A DNA stretch of 64,000 nucleotides. Source: Mobula hypostoma (lineage: Eukaryota). Positions within the stretch are counted from its first letter, which is position 1. Each line of letters starts with the position of its first letter. Where the stretch lies: NCBI RefSeq assembly GCF_963921235.1, contig NC_086108.1, positions 44,456,001 through 44,520,000 of the forward strand, written 5' to 3'. The notes below the pieces were generated by a model. The model ran no database searches, had not been told where the DNA came from, and saw only the letters and a program-made list of their open reading frames with translations. Shown here one piece after another: positions 1 through 12,800 of this stretch. The position numbers and the translations under genes are program-made.

Positions 1-180
1 GTGGAGAGGTTTGACCGCTGGAGTTTAAACCCTTCTAACCTGGAGAAATAATACCACTTGTATTTGGCCTGTCGAAATTTTGTCTGTTTTAATGAGATCT
101 GCTCTTATTCTTCTAAATATACATTCAGGCCTGTTTGACCCAATACCTCCTTAATCCTGTGATCATAAGACACCTTAGAG

Positions 181-246
181 CGGGGGTTCTCCATCTTTTT
201 TTACATGCCATGGACCCCTGCCATTTACCGAGATTGGGAACCCCTG
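181..246. mobile_element. Tiny hAT (Charlie-like) MITE
   Basis: Ends CGGGGGTTCTCCA...TGGGAACCCCTG with internal CCATGGACCCC; same family as 31953, 40532 and 44355. Confidence 0.6.
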
Positions 247-859
247 CTACAGAAATTCTACGTACATAACTTTAAGTGATTTGTGTTCGTTCATGAATGC
301 ATGCCTATACATGTCAAACATGCAAAAAAAACCTTCAAATTATTTATTTGAGTTGCAATATTCAAGCTTAATTTAAATGTGCCTGCATTGGAATCGAATG
401 TGAAATCTGATCCAGCTGCTGTGGAAACCTGGTGTAAAATTGTTTGCCTTTTGCCAATAGTTTGTGTACAGAATACATCATGTAAAACAGGAAGACTTTT
501 TTTCATCTTTAGGAGGTTGATAAGATTGAGTGGTGAAAGGCTTACTGAGGGTGTGGGAGGAAGTCTTGGAATAGGCTGAAGCATTGTTAGCTGTGATGGA
601 ATGGGTGAAGGAAGGCTAAATCGCAGCTGTATTCTTCACTCGCGAATTGGAAGGTGGAAATAAATAATCCTGGTTTTTATTATCACCAAAGAATTTATAA
701 TTTTCAATTTCCTAGCTCTTCATGCCTGGATATTATAAAACACTCACCATGCAAAAGGAACATGCATGTTGAGCAAGAAAGGTGCACTCAGCTTCTTTCC
801 CTATGCTCTTCCATCACTTCCTTTTCCCCCCACTCACCTTCAACGTAAACCTGACTGCC

Positions 860-980
860 TTTCTTCAGTTCTGAAAAAGGATCTTTGACCTGAACTCTTT
901 CACTTTCCATAGATGCCAACCTCTTCAGTGTTTCCTCTACTTTCTATTTTTGTTTCAGATTTCTAGCATCTGCATTTTTC
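860..980 (+). mobile_element. Old degenerate Penelope-like 3' terminus
   Basis: cagttctgaaaaaggatctttgacctgaa...tttccatagatgcc...ttctagcatctgca resembles the PLE terminal consensus seen elsewhere in the window. Confidence 0.5.
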
Positions 981-1339
981 TTTTGGCTTTGGTTCAGTAC
1001 TTTAGAGGTCAAACACGGTTGAGCAGAGACAGTTACCTCTGCAAATTACTCTTTAGTAGTCAGTTCAAAAATTAATCTCTTGTCTCATGTTTTGCAATGA
1101 ATTCCACAATCAGCTAGATGGCTTCCTGTAGGAAGAGGGCAAAATGACTAGCCATTTAATTCTGAATAAAAACACACTGCAGTTGCCAATAGACGTTTTT
1201 TGGTAATCTTTCTGTTGAGTGAAATACTTTTAGTTCAAGACCAAGGTCAGTTGTGTGTTTTGTTTTCCTGAATTTTCCCCATGTTTACTTGCTGCTGCAC
1301 TCAGCTGTGAGATGGTGGATGACATTTTCTCTGATGTCT

Positions 1340-2180
1340 ATTCCAGATAGTAGATCCTGGGGATTGGAAAGTAGTAAATATGCCCCCTTTGCTTGAGAAA
1401 GCAAGAAAGTATGGGCATTCCTCATGACTACAGATCAGTAAGGCTAGCATTAGTGATAAATTAGAAATGAGCATGGTGGTGGGGGTAGGTAATTAACAGG
1501 CATGCAGGAGAGATTTCAAAGTTCAAAGTAAATTTATTAACAAAGTACATATACCAGGACATGTTTGTGTAAAAGCAGACTGTGCTCAACTAGCCTGACA
1601 GAAGGTTGAAGTCTTTGACAGAGTTTCTCAAACAAACTCGTTAACAGAATTAGGCGTTCTGGAATAATAGAGTTAGGTATTGGCTTGGATAAAGGATTAC
1701 CTTAAGGACAGAATTCAAGTTGTGGCAACAAGTTGTTCTCCAGACAGGAGCTTGATAGACAGTGGAATTTACCAAAAGGTCATTGCTTGTTCTGTGCTTT
1801 TTTTATTGATGCATTTAAACAATTAGGATATTGGCATACAGAGTAGACCTTAAATTTATTATACCAAACTTCTCAGGGACAGTGTACTTCAAGGCTACCT
1901 GTCCACTGCAACAGGTATAGACAGGCTACTGGAATAGGCAGACAAATGAGGCAGTTGAGGTATTGCAAATGGCAGAAGGTATGTGGGCAGGCTTTATATA
2001 CTTAGTGACAAAGCTCTGAATTACGGAGGAACAAAGCAGCCTCTGGGTTCATGTGCCTAGATCTTCAACATTCAGAGTGCAGTCTATTTATTATGCTTAA
2101 CTTTTTAAAATCTCCGCTTAGGCTTTCCGTTCTGGACACCATACTTAAGAATTTAAAGATATTTTAAGAGATTTCTAACA
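1340..2180 (+). mobile_element. Highly degenerate CR1 LINE ORF2 fragments
   Basis: gattggaaagtagtaaat (DW-VAN-like), tttgacagagtttctca (FD-V-H-like), gtattggcttggataaagg (LAWI-like) and ttctggacaccatacttaag. Confidence 0.55.
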
Positions 2181-2529
2181 TTTACTCATGTTCCCAAGAA
2201 AGCACCTCGGCATTCAATACTGTCATCCCCTCAAATCTAATCTATAAGCTACAATATTTTGAGCTCAGTACCTTGTTGTGAAACTATATCCTCTACTGCC
2301 TCCTTGCAGAGAAAGTGTTATCATCTCAGAGAATCTGTCCTGGTTCAAATGTGACACAAATGCAGCGGTACAAGTTGAATGAGTTTAAGCTTCTCATTTG
2401 TGCTAATAGAGCTTGCACATACCTTTGGGGGGGGGGAGAAACAGGTTAAAGGGCTTGAAAAGAAGGGGTTAAAGCACAATACTAGGCAAAAGCCAAACTT
2501 GCTCTTTAAAGGTTGAAGATTGAAAAGCC

Positions 2530-3254
2530 ATGGAGCTCCTCGGTCCAACACACCATTATGAAGAAAGCACGGCAGTGCCTCTACTTCCTTAGAAGTTTGT
2601 GTAGCTTTGAAATGTCATCTAAAACTTTGACAAACTTTTATAATGTGTAGTGGAGACTATACTAACAGGTTGCATCGTGGCCTAGTATGGACACGCCAAT
2701 GCCCTTGAATGGAAAAGCCTACAAAAACTAGTGGATACTGTCCACTCTATTATAGGTAAAGCCCTCCCCCACCACTGAGTACATCTACACGGAGCATTGT
2801 TGTAAGATAGGAGCATCCACTATCAAAGATCCCACCAACTCAGCTATGCTCTGTTGTTGCCGTCATCAGGAGGGAGGTACAGGAGCCTTGGGATCCACAG
2901 CACCAGGCTGAGGAACAGTTATTACCCGTTAGCTATTTGGCTCTTGAACCAGAGGGGATAACTTACTTGCCGCCATCACTTAACTGTTCCCACAACCTGT
3001 GAGCTCACTTTCAAGGACTCTTCATCTTTTGTTCTCTGTTTATTGCTTATTTATTTATTATTGTTATTTTTTTCTTTATGTATTTGTGTGGTTTGCTGTC
3101 TTTTGCACATTGTTTGTCCACCCATTTGGGTGGGGTCTTTCATTGATTCCATTGTGTTTCTTGTATTTTCTGTGAATGCCTGCAGGAAAAAAATCTCAGG
3201 GCTGTATATGGTGACATATATACTTTGATAATCAATTTACCTTGAACTTTGAAC
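2530..3254 (+). mobile_element. Rex/Babar-type LINE 3' fragment (with a small RT fragment at about 2205-2310)
   Basis: KKARQCLYFLRSL, GCIVA-YG and GRRYRSL...RLRNSYYP remnants; (TTGAAC) tail. Confidence 0.8.
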
Positions 3255-3463
3255 GAGTCAGTCTGAAACAATTGGTGTTCTCTTAATGATAAAGGTTGAG
3301 ATTTGATGGAGGACTGCAAGATTAATAGGTTTAGATGGGCATGGAAGTGTCCTAAATTGAAGGTACATGGGAAAGATTTTCAGTAAGAGTTAAATGGGTG
3401 AGGATGAATAAAGTTTGTTTATGCAGAAAGTGTGCACGCACACTCACGCATTTTCACCATGTA

Positions 3464-5374
3464 CAGTACTGTGCAAATGTCTTGGGTGCATGTAAATAAA
3501 TGTGTGAAATGAAGATGCTTTCAAAAATAATGAAACTAAAAGTTTCTAATTATCAAAAAAAAACTATAAAGAGCAGTAAACAGTAAAATCTAAATCAAAT
3601 CCATAGTTGGTGTGATCACCCTTGCCTTTAAACTGCAGCAAATCTCTTGGGTACACTGTTGTGCAGTTTTGTAAGGAAATCAGCTGATGTGTTTTCCCCA
3701 TCATCTTGAAGTTGTGACAGTTCTTCTGCAGACTTTGGTTGTCTCACTTGCTTCTGTCTCTCCAGCAGCCTTGATGGTGTTGACATCAGGGCTCTGCAGA
3801 GGCCATTCCATTTGTTGCAGAATTGCTTGTTGTTCTCACTGAAGCTGGTTCTTTATGGCCTTGGTCATGTGTTTTGGGTCATTGTCCTACTGCAGATTGA
3901 AGTTGGGGACTGACCAGGCGCCTCCCTGGTGGTATTGTGTGATGCATAAGAACCTGCTTATACTTAGCATTGAGATTCTATTAATTCCAACCAAATCACT
4001 AACTCCATTTGCAGAAATGCAGCCCAAACCTGCCCAAACCACTATGCTTCACTGTTGGCTGCAGGCATTCATCCACCTAGAGCTCTCCAGCTCTTCAAAG
4101 GACAACTGCATCCTGTTTGAGCCAAAAATTTCAAATCAGACCATAGCACTTGCTGTCGTTGTTCAGCAACCCAGTCCTTGTGTTTTTGTGCGTAGGTGAG
4201 TCTCTTGGTTTTGTTTCCACTTTGGAGGAATGGCTTTTTGGTAGCATCTCTTCCACGAAGACCACTTCTGGCAAGACCTCTCCAGACTGTAGAGGGGTGT
4301 ACTTTGGTTCTAGTGGTTTCTGTGAGTTCAGAGCTGTTAGTACTGCTGGACTTCCGATTTAAAAGGGACATCAGTTTGTATCTTTCGTCTGCTGTACTCA
4401 GTGTCCATGGCCAAGCACTGCATTTCTGGTCCTCAGCCTTGCCTGATTCTTTGTGCTTCTTTAGAAGAGGACTTGAAACTCCTTTCCGCTGCAAAATTTC
4501 TGCTTGCGAGAGACCTTGCTAATGCAGGATAATCACCTTGTGTCTTGTTGCTATGCTCACTCTTGTCATGGTGCAAGAAATGACAACTTGAAGGTTAAAC
4601 TGTCACATCTGTCGCAACCTCACCTTTTAGTTTGATCCTTCTCGACCAGTTTCTGTTCAGTTAATCAGTTTAGTTCATTCAACTCATTATGTCATTGATC
4701 ATTAGCACCTGTTTGTTATCTTTGTTTAATCACACACTGGGCTATATTCCAACAAACTAACATTGATTTCTGGAACTTCTGATAATGGCACCCCCTCTCC
4801 TTCACCATTCCCATTTCCCCCCTCACTTTTATCTCCTTACCTATCCATCACCTCCCTCGGGTGTTCATCCCCCTTCCTTTCTTCCTTGGCCTTCTGTCCT
4901 CTCCTATCAGATTCCTCCATCTTTAGCCCTTTATCTCTTTCACCAATTGACTTCCCAGCTCGTTACCACCCCTCCCCCTCCCAGTTTCACCTATCACCTA
5001 TTACGTTGTACTACTTCCTCCCTTTCCCCCCCCCTCTTACTCTAACTTCTCATTTCTCTTTTTTGCCAGTCCCTGATAAAGGGGTTTGGCCCGAAATGTT
5101 GACTGTACTCTTTTCCATAGATGCTACCGGACCTGCTGAGTTTCTCCAGCATTTTGTGTGTGTTACCTGCAAAGTAATCAAGTTTTTATTTGAAAAGTAG
5201 TCTATTACTTAATGTTACTTTCTTTACTGAAGTTTCTGACGTTTAATTTTTTTGGGAAATGAATGTTTGGAAATCTAAAATCTCTTTTCTACAGACACTA
5301 AGGCAGAAAACAAAAAATATACATATAAAACAAAACTTCTACTGGGGAAAAAATATCTAAGGTGCACAGTAGTG
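3464..5374 (-). mobile_element. Tc1/mariner DNA transposon, decayed transposase on - strand
   Basis: TA|CAGTACTGTGCA at 3464 and TGCACAGTAGTG|TA at 5363-5374. ORF 4069-4494 has the Tc1 HTH/linker (VHPSTVWRGLARSGLRGR..KKPFL..KRLTYAQKHKDW..VLWSD). Confidence 0.9.
4760..5166 (+). mobile_element. Penelope-like element 3' fragment with mutated hammerhead (5067-5105), nested in the Tc1
   Basis: Starts with an ORF end (NIDF-NF-stop), then a C/T-rich tract, then CAGTCC-CTGATAA-AGGGGTTTGGCCC-GAAA-TGTT-GACTG and the conserved tail. Confidence 0.85.
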
Positions 5375-8300
5375 TATTGCTTCAGGAAATTTGAACCTGA
5401 GGGAGTAACAACAATTTTAGTCCTGTCATCTAGATGTGGGCAAGCATTACTTATCAGCTGGAGAGTTGGTGGCTCTGAGACCATAGCAGTTATAACAAGA
5501 TAAAGATCCAAAAGATTGATAACCTCTTTCCTCCTTACAGTTCCAAAAAAGTGAGCTCCCCAAGTAATCTTTATTAAAGCCTTCTCTGCTGTCTATCATC
5601 AGTGGTGCCTTGTGATCCGTAAAGATGTTGATAGGTGCCAGTTAATCAGGATTTCATCTCCATGACCTTGGTGCCATTTAACGTGAATAGTAATTAACTA
5701 GTAGTCTGGACAGTAATTCTAAATTGCTTATTTCTGTAGTAGCTTGCAATCACTAGCTCCTGATGTGTGGGTCTTGTCCATCTTGTAACATTTCCCAAAG
5801 TTGTACCTGACCTGGAATTATTAAAACTAGGGAATCTCCTCTATCAACTGAAGTGTATGCTGAATTTTGCTTAGAGACTGCTGGTGTTTGAGCAAGCCCA
5901 CACAATGGGAATGACTGGCATTACCACCCCTATTAACAGTAATCTAGTAGTATTAAAAGTACCTTGCAAGTAAGAGAACTCAAATTGATTCTTGAAATAT
6001 CTCCCTTTGATCTCAACCCTGAATGTTTCTACCATTCAATTTAGTTCACTTACACAATATTATTTCTTCCATGCTATTATTACCTCATTTAAAGTGGAAA
6101 GGATTTGCCATTGTATGACCAGGACACCTGTGGAAGAGGTGTAGAGTTTGCTGTTAGTTCAACTTTGTCAGTAGAGTCTGCATCAATTTTTGTGCAAATA
6201 GCTTCATCAGATGTTTCAGTCAATGTTTTGAAATGGAATACACCATTACAAAAATTTCATTTTTGTCATGTACCCTGGAAATCTCCAACAGAGACCTGTA
6301 TTTAATTAAAATATATTGTTTTCACTTCCATCTAGATTATTTAGATCTTCTGTTAAATTCTATTTTCAGTCCTGAGTTGAAGGTGTTGTCTTGAACTGGA
6401 ATGTGGTGATCTGGTGTAATTAAACTCCATTCAAAGAAACTAACTTGAGATGTTGGACTGAGATGTAAGATGCTGATGATATCCAGTGAGTAACACTGTC
6501 CAAAGTAATTCTGTCATTCACTTTTAGTTTGTTTCTTCCTTGAAAGTTGTCTGACTGTTTTAATACCACTATATCTTTTCAATCATCAACCTTTAAAGAG
6601 AAAGTTTTGCTCCTGCACAGTATCATGCTTTAATCTCTTCACTTCAAGTCCTTTAACCCCTTCTTTTCAGGATGAGTAAGCTCTATTAGTGTAAGTGTGA
6701 AGCTTCATTCAGTTTGCAGAGCTGCTAAAAGGATAACACAGAACTGCAAAAATTGGTACATTTTGAATATTATAAAATTAACTGCCCTGGTATAAGCTAC
6801 ACAAATGGTTAACTTTATGCAATTCATTCACAAACGAGAATAGTTTGAACTTTATCCAGGCCGTGTTTGAGACATTAACATTTGCTTTTGGTCACCCTTT
6901 GGGGCCAATTTAACACTTAGTTAACCTGGAAACATTGTCAAGAGGATTTAAATAACATTTACTTTGCAGAATTTGAACACCAGTATTACTACTCTGAACA
7001 TCATTGACACACTTAGGGACAGATTGCAGAACTTTCATTAAAACTGTGTTCTTCATAACTGGTGTCACAAAAATATAAGGACATGGGTCATATTTCCATT
7101 TCACCCCTCCCTACCACAAGTCTAAATAATTTTGTTATCACTTATTACTGTATCCTGTCTAAGTAAAGGGCAGGCAAGATTAAATTGACATTTTGGCTTT
7201 CTCAGTTCATTAGTTGGTAAAAGTACATGTGGTACTAAGCCACACAGCCTAGCATTTGACTTGACAAAAGATTTATACTTGCAACAGATGTCCAAAACAT
7301 TACAAGGTGCTTCACAGGTGTCTTATCAACAAAAATATTACAGAAGTTGATATTAGAAAGGAGCAGACAATTTTTGGGGGAGCTTCAGGTCTTGACAGCT
7401 GAAGGCATCCTTATCTGTGGTGAAATCATGAAAATTGGGAATGAGAAAAGCCCTACTCTGGAGTTTTTGCAAACAGTTGTCAAGTTGGGAGTTTTACAAA
7501 GGAGTGGAGTAAGGCCACAAAGCAACTTAGAAAATCTGAGGGATTGCTTAACCAAGACCCAGTGTAATTCAACAAATGCTGGGGTGTTGACTGTGCATTG
7601 GGGAAAGGTATAAAATTTTTGGGTGACTCTGAATTTACACAGCATAGAATATAGGATGTGTGCTGAGAGTGCAATTGAAAAGTAAGTTTTTCCTATTCTT
7701 CCAGTTCTGTCTTTGCTCCAAGGTGCGCTGAGACAATGGCCAATATGGGCAATGTTAGAAACGGAAATTCAACTGCACCGTTACTATGTTAACAAGTTTA
7801 CAATAAGTCTTGTTAAAATTCACAGAGCTGCTGGGAAATGGCAGCTTGTGAAGATAATTGGGAGCAGTGGGTTTAGTGTTTGATATTCATGTGGAGGAAG
7901 TTTCTTCTCATCCAGTAATAGATTTTGGATAAATAATGGGGGAAATAGGGCTGGTGGTGTCAGTGGTGGTTTGGTCCTTGAGAATGTAAGAAATGGGTGA
8001 AAGTGGCTGTTGGCTATGTATCTGCAGACAGTTTTTGATTGTCAGTTAAGGATAGCAGACAGATGAAGAATAAAGGAAAGGAGTGTTATTTTTTAAATGT
8101 ATCGAATAGGTTCTGTTAAGTGAAAAATATTCTGAATTTACAGTCCATAATCAAAATCTAATTCTTATTGCTGAAGTTTTTTGCAGTGATACAAGATGAT
8201 GTTCTGAAGCCCTAAATATTCAGGAAAACAAGCCAAAAATTCACTTTCAACTGTGGCAGAACCTATATTGAGCAAAATATTGAAAAGTGAGCTGTTTATC

Positions 8301-8763
8301 AATTATCAGACCAGTGTTTGTTTTCTATTTAAGTATTTTAGTAATTCAACAGATTAGGATGTTTTGGGTACATACTCATTTGGTTCTAAGGGAACCAAGA
8401 AATTTTATTTCTGGAGTTGTCTGGCTTGACTAACTAAAATTGAAAGTTTGTGGTGTTTTATTGTGTATATAAGTTTTTAATTTGTTCTTTTAAAAACATT
8501 CCACTTACTAAGGAATCAGTAGACAACCTAAGTGTCTACTCCAGAAAGGGCCTCAGGATAGCAAAATTTTATTAGGAAAACTGAATTCATTCATATGGCT
8601 AGTTCATAAATTAAACTTCTAGTTTGGTGGTTGCATTTTATGATGAAGCCAATTGAAAGTAGAATCTATTCTCTCAAGATGTTCCTTCTATGATCAGATT
8701 ATTTGCTCTTTGGTTTCTAATTCATTTTGTTAAAAGTATTTTCCAAGCCTTGCAATAAACATA

Positions 8764-10337
8764 AGCCCTGATGACCCTGTGATCTCCATCTCAGAGGCCG
8801 ATGTTAGACTGTGTTTAAAGAGAGTGAACCCTTGCAAGGTGGCAAGTCCCGATGAAGTACCCGGTAAGGCTCTGAAAACCTGGCCAACCAACTAGTGGAA
8901 GTATTCAAGGACATTTTCAACCTCTCACTGCTACGGGCAGAAGTTCCCACTTGCTTCAAAAAGGCAACAATTATACCGGTGCCTAAGAAGAATAATGACT
9001 ATCGCCCAGTAGCACTCACGCATCGACAGTGATGAAATGCTTTGAGAGGTTGGTTATGACTAGACTGAACTCCTGCCTCAGCAGGGACCTGGACCCATTG
9101 CAATTTGCCTATCGCCACAATAGGTCAATGGCAGACACAATCTCAATGGCTCTCCACATGGCTTTAGACCACCTGGACAACACAAACACCTACGTCAAGA
9201 TGCTGTTCATCGACTATAGCTCAGCATTTAATACTATCATTCCCACAATCCTGATTGGGAAGTTGCAGAACCTGGGCCTCTGTACTTCCCTCTGCAATTG
9301 GATCCTCGACTTCCTAACCGGAAGACCACAGTCTGTGCAGATTAGTGATAACATGTCTCCTTGTTGGCGATCAACACTGGCACAGCTCGGGTGTGTGCTT
9401 AACCCACTGCTCTCTTCTGTATATACACATGACTGTGTGGCTAGGCATAGCTGAAATACCATCTATAAATTTGCTGACGATACAACCATTGTTGGTAGAA
9501 TCTCAGGTGGTGATGAGAGGGCGTACAGGACTGAGATATGCCAACTAGTGGAATGGTGCTGCAGCAACAACCTGGCACTCAACATCAGTAAGAAGAAAGA
9601 GCTGGTTGTGGACTTCAGGAAGGGTAAAATGAAGGAACACATACCAATCCTCAGAGAGGGATCAGAAGTGGAGAGTTTGAGCAGCTTCAAGTTCCTGGCT
9701 GTCAAGATCTCTGAGGATCTAACCTGGTCCCAACATATCGATGTTGTTACAAAGGCAAGGCAGTGGCTATACTTCATTAGGAGTTTGTAGAGATTTGGCA
9801 TGTCAACAAATGCACTCAAAAACTTCTATAGTTGCACTGTGGAGAGCATTCAGTCAGGCTGCATCACTGTCTGGTATGGAGGGGCTACTGCACAGGACGG
9901 AAAGAAGTTGCGGAGGGTTGTAAATCTAGTCAGCTCCATCTTGGGTACTAGCCTACAAAGTACCTGGGACATCTTTAGGGAGCGGTGTCTCAGAAAGGCA
10001 GCGTCCGTTATTAAGGACCTCCAGCAGTCAGGGCATGCCCTTATCTCACTGTCACCATCAGGTAGGAGGTACGGAAGCCTTGAAGGCACACACTCAGCGA
10101 TTCAGGAACAGCTTCTTCCCCTCGCCACCTGACTCCTAAATGGACATGGAAACTTTGGACACTACCTCACTTTTTTAATACTCAGTATTTGTTTTTGCAC
10201 GTTTTATATTCTATTCAATATACATAATTGGTTTACTTTATTAATATTACTTTTTATTTAGTTTTTTTTCTCTGCTAGATTATGTACTGCATTGAACTGC
10301 TGCTGCTAAGATAACAAATTTCACGTCACATGCTGGT
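8764..10337 (+). mobile_element. 5'-truncated Rex/Babar LINE, disrupted RT
   Basis: [37 protein letters not shown] and C-terminal CITVWYG motifs; 3' end AATAAACCTGATTCTGA; several stops and frameshifts. Confidence 0.92.
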
Positions 10338-10861
10338 GATAATAAACCTGATTCTGAAATCCATGCAACAGTCACATCTCCTCTGAATTTCTGTTACTAT
10401 TTCTGCATGCATTATATAACCCATCCCATGATGAATACTGAGCGTCTCCAGAGAAAGTGCCAGTAATGCTTGTGGTCATCTTAGTTGAAACTGCTATTTC
10501 AGAAAAAGATGAGTCTAGAGTCATGAAATGACTTTTTGTGAAGGTATTTATTTCCCTCCTTGGAATCATTTTGTGCTCAGTTTTGTGAATGGCAACTGGG
10601 ATGTGGTATATTTGGCAATTAAGATAATTCATCAACAATGTGCTTTCAAACTACATTAATAATTCTAAAGACGTGAACTAATGAAACAATGACAGTGGGG
10701 TAGGAGGAATTTGGGTAATCTTTGCTGTATGAATGGGTTGGAAATAGTTGAGAAGAAAATTAATAAAAATCAGTGGGATAGGAACTGTGGGAGAGTGTTT
10801 CTTAATTGACTTAATTCTCAACATGTTTAATGAACTCAGGAGCAGGTTATCCAACTCAGTG

Positions 10862-11310
10862 AACCAGAATCGGGTTTACTATCACTGACACATGTCATGA
10901 AATTTGCTGCGCAGCAGCAGTACAGCACGAGATAAAAATGGCTATGTTGTGCAAAAGATAAATAATCAGGCAGTAGTCATGGACCATTCAAAAATTTGAT
11001 CATGGAGAAGAAGAAGCTGTCCTTAAAACATTAAATGTGGATCTTCAAGCTCCTGTTTCCTCCCCAATGATAGTAACATGAAAAGGGTGTGTTCTGGGTG
11101 GTGAGGGTCTTCCGTAATGATGTCATCTCTTGAGTCGCCACCTCTAGAAAATGCCCTTTATGGTGAGGAGCGTTGTGTCCATGATGGAATTGTTTGAGTC
11201 TACAGTCCTCTGCAGCCTCTTGTGTGATCTCCTTTGTTGGAGGCTCCATACCAAGCTGTGATGCAGCCAGTTAGAATGCTCTCCACAGTACATTGGTATA
11301 AATTTACAAG
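10862..11310 (-). mobile_element. Rex/Babar-type LINE 3' fragment
   Basis: Reverse complement reads VESILTGCITAWYG and ends in gatagtaaacccgattctg. Confidence 0.75.
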
Positions 11311-11489
11311 TGTCTCACACAGCCCAAACAATTTGTAAATGTTGAAAGAAGTTGTGATCTGGGAGCATAATTGAGCAGTTAGATTTTTTAAAAGTTTGTA
11401 AATATTGTCTCACCATCCCATTCCATTTCTGTTCTCCATTTCTCCTGTTGCCATCTTTACAAATTTAAGATGTTTTTGTTTTATTTTAA

Positions 11490-11625
11490 ACCCCGCTTTC
11501 CTAGTTCTGACAATGGGTGTCAGGCCCAAAGTGCAAACACATTCTCATTTAACAGAAGTTGCCCGACATCCTGAATATTTCCATTGTTTTTCTTTCTATT
11601 TTAGATTTTCAGCATTTACAGTTTT
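11490..11625 (+). mobile_element. Old degenerate Penelope-like 3' terminus
   Basis: agttctgacaatgggtgtcaggcccaaa...cagaagttgcccgacatcctgaatatt...ttttcagcatttacag. Confidence 0.5.
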
Positions 11626-12013
11626 ATTTTCATCAGACTAACGTTTGGGTTAAACTATACCTTTAGTATTGTATAGATTTGTGGATGACCTGACTGTAAT
11701 GGAAATACAGTATTCTGTTTTTGAAAACTGTGTTGAGACCCACCCCAAAGAAGCTACTGCTTATAGAGAGCTGTAGATGTATTATTCTTTGGATTATTAA
11801 TGCTGGTCTTAGAGATTTAAAGTATTTACATTTATACATAATACAAACAGTTAATTTAATTTTCAAAAGTAGGCTTAAAAAGTCAAGCACTTACTAGTAG
11901 GGGGGAGGAAATAATAAAAAGTTCGAAGTAAATTTATTATCCAAGCGCATGTACATCACCATATACAACCCTGAAATTCTTGGGAGGCATTCACAGTAAA
12001 TTTTAAGAAACAA

Positions 12014-12800
12014 CTAGAAGCCCCCCACTGGCCTTCTGCCAATCAGCCAAACTTCTATCCATTCTAGTATCTTTCCTGCAATACCATGGGCTCCTACTTT
12101 GTTTAGTAGCTTCCTATGCAGGACCTTGTCCAAGGCCTTTGGAAAATCCAAGAAAACAACATCCCCTGACTCTCCTTTTTCTATCCTACCTGTTATTTCC
12201 TCAAAGAATTCCAACAGATTTTTCCTCAAAGAATTCCAACAGATTTGTCAGGCAAGATTTCCCCTTTAGAAAACCATGCTGACTTTGGCCTATTTTATCA
12301 TGTGCCTTGGAGTATACTGAAATCTTAACGTCAGTAGTGGACTCTTACTGATGGACACTGATGTCAGTCTAACTGGGCTGAACTTTCCTGCTTTTTGCCT
12401 CCTTCCCTTCTTAAAGAGTGGGGTGCGATTTTTCCAGCCCTCTGGAACCATTCCAGAATCTAGTGATTCTTGAAAGATCATTACTAATGCTTCCAGAATT
12501 TCTTCAGCTACCTCTTTCAGAACCCTGGGGTGTAGTCCATCTGCTCCAAGCGACTTATCTAATTTCAGACCTTTCAGTTTCACAAGCACCTTCTCTTTAG
12601 TCATTGCAACATCACTCATTTCTGCCCCCTGACATTCGAATTTCTGGCATACTGCTGGTGCTTTCACAGCAAAGTACTGTTCATATTCAGTTCACTCACT
12701 ATTTATTTGTTCCCATTACGTCTCTCCGGTGTAATTTCCAATGTCCACTCTAGCCTCTTCCTCTGTACATCTCTGAAAAAAAATTCGGTATCCTCTGTTA
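12014..12800 (-). mobile_element. CR1 LINE ORF2 (RT N-terminal) fragment
   Basis: ADGLHPRVLKEVAEEILEALVMIFQESLDSGMVPEGW; NLLEFFEEIT..DVVFLDFPKALDKVLHRKLL. Confidence 0.92.

Noticed and set aside
8766..8800. CTGATGA at the start of the Rex element as a hammerhead
   Set aside because: No following stem II-GAAA and no stem I partner; it is LINE coding sequence.
12196..12246. 25-bp tandem duplication ttcctcaaagaattccaacagattt
   Set aside because: Simple slippage within a dead CR1 copy.
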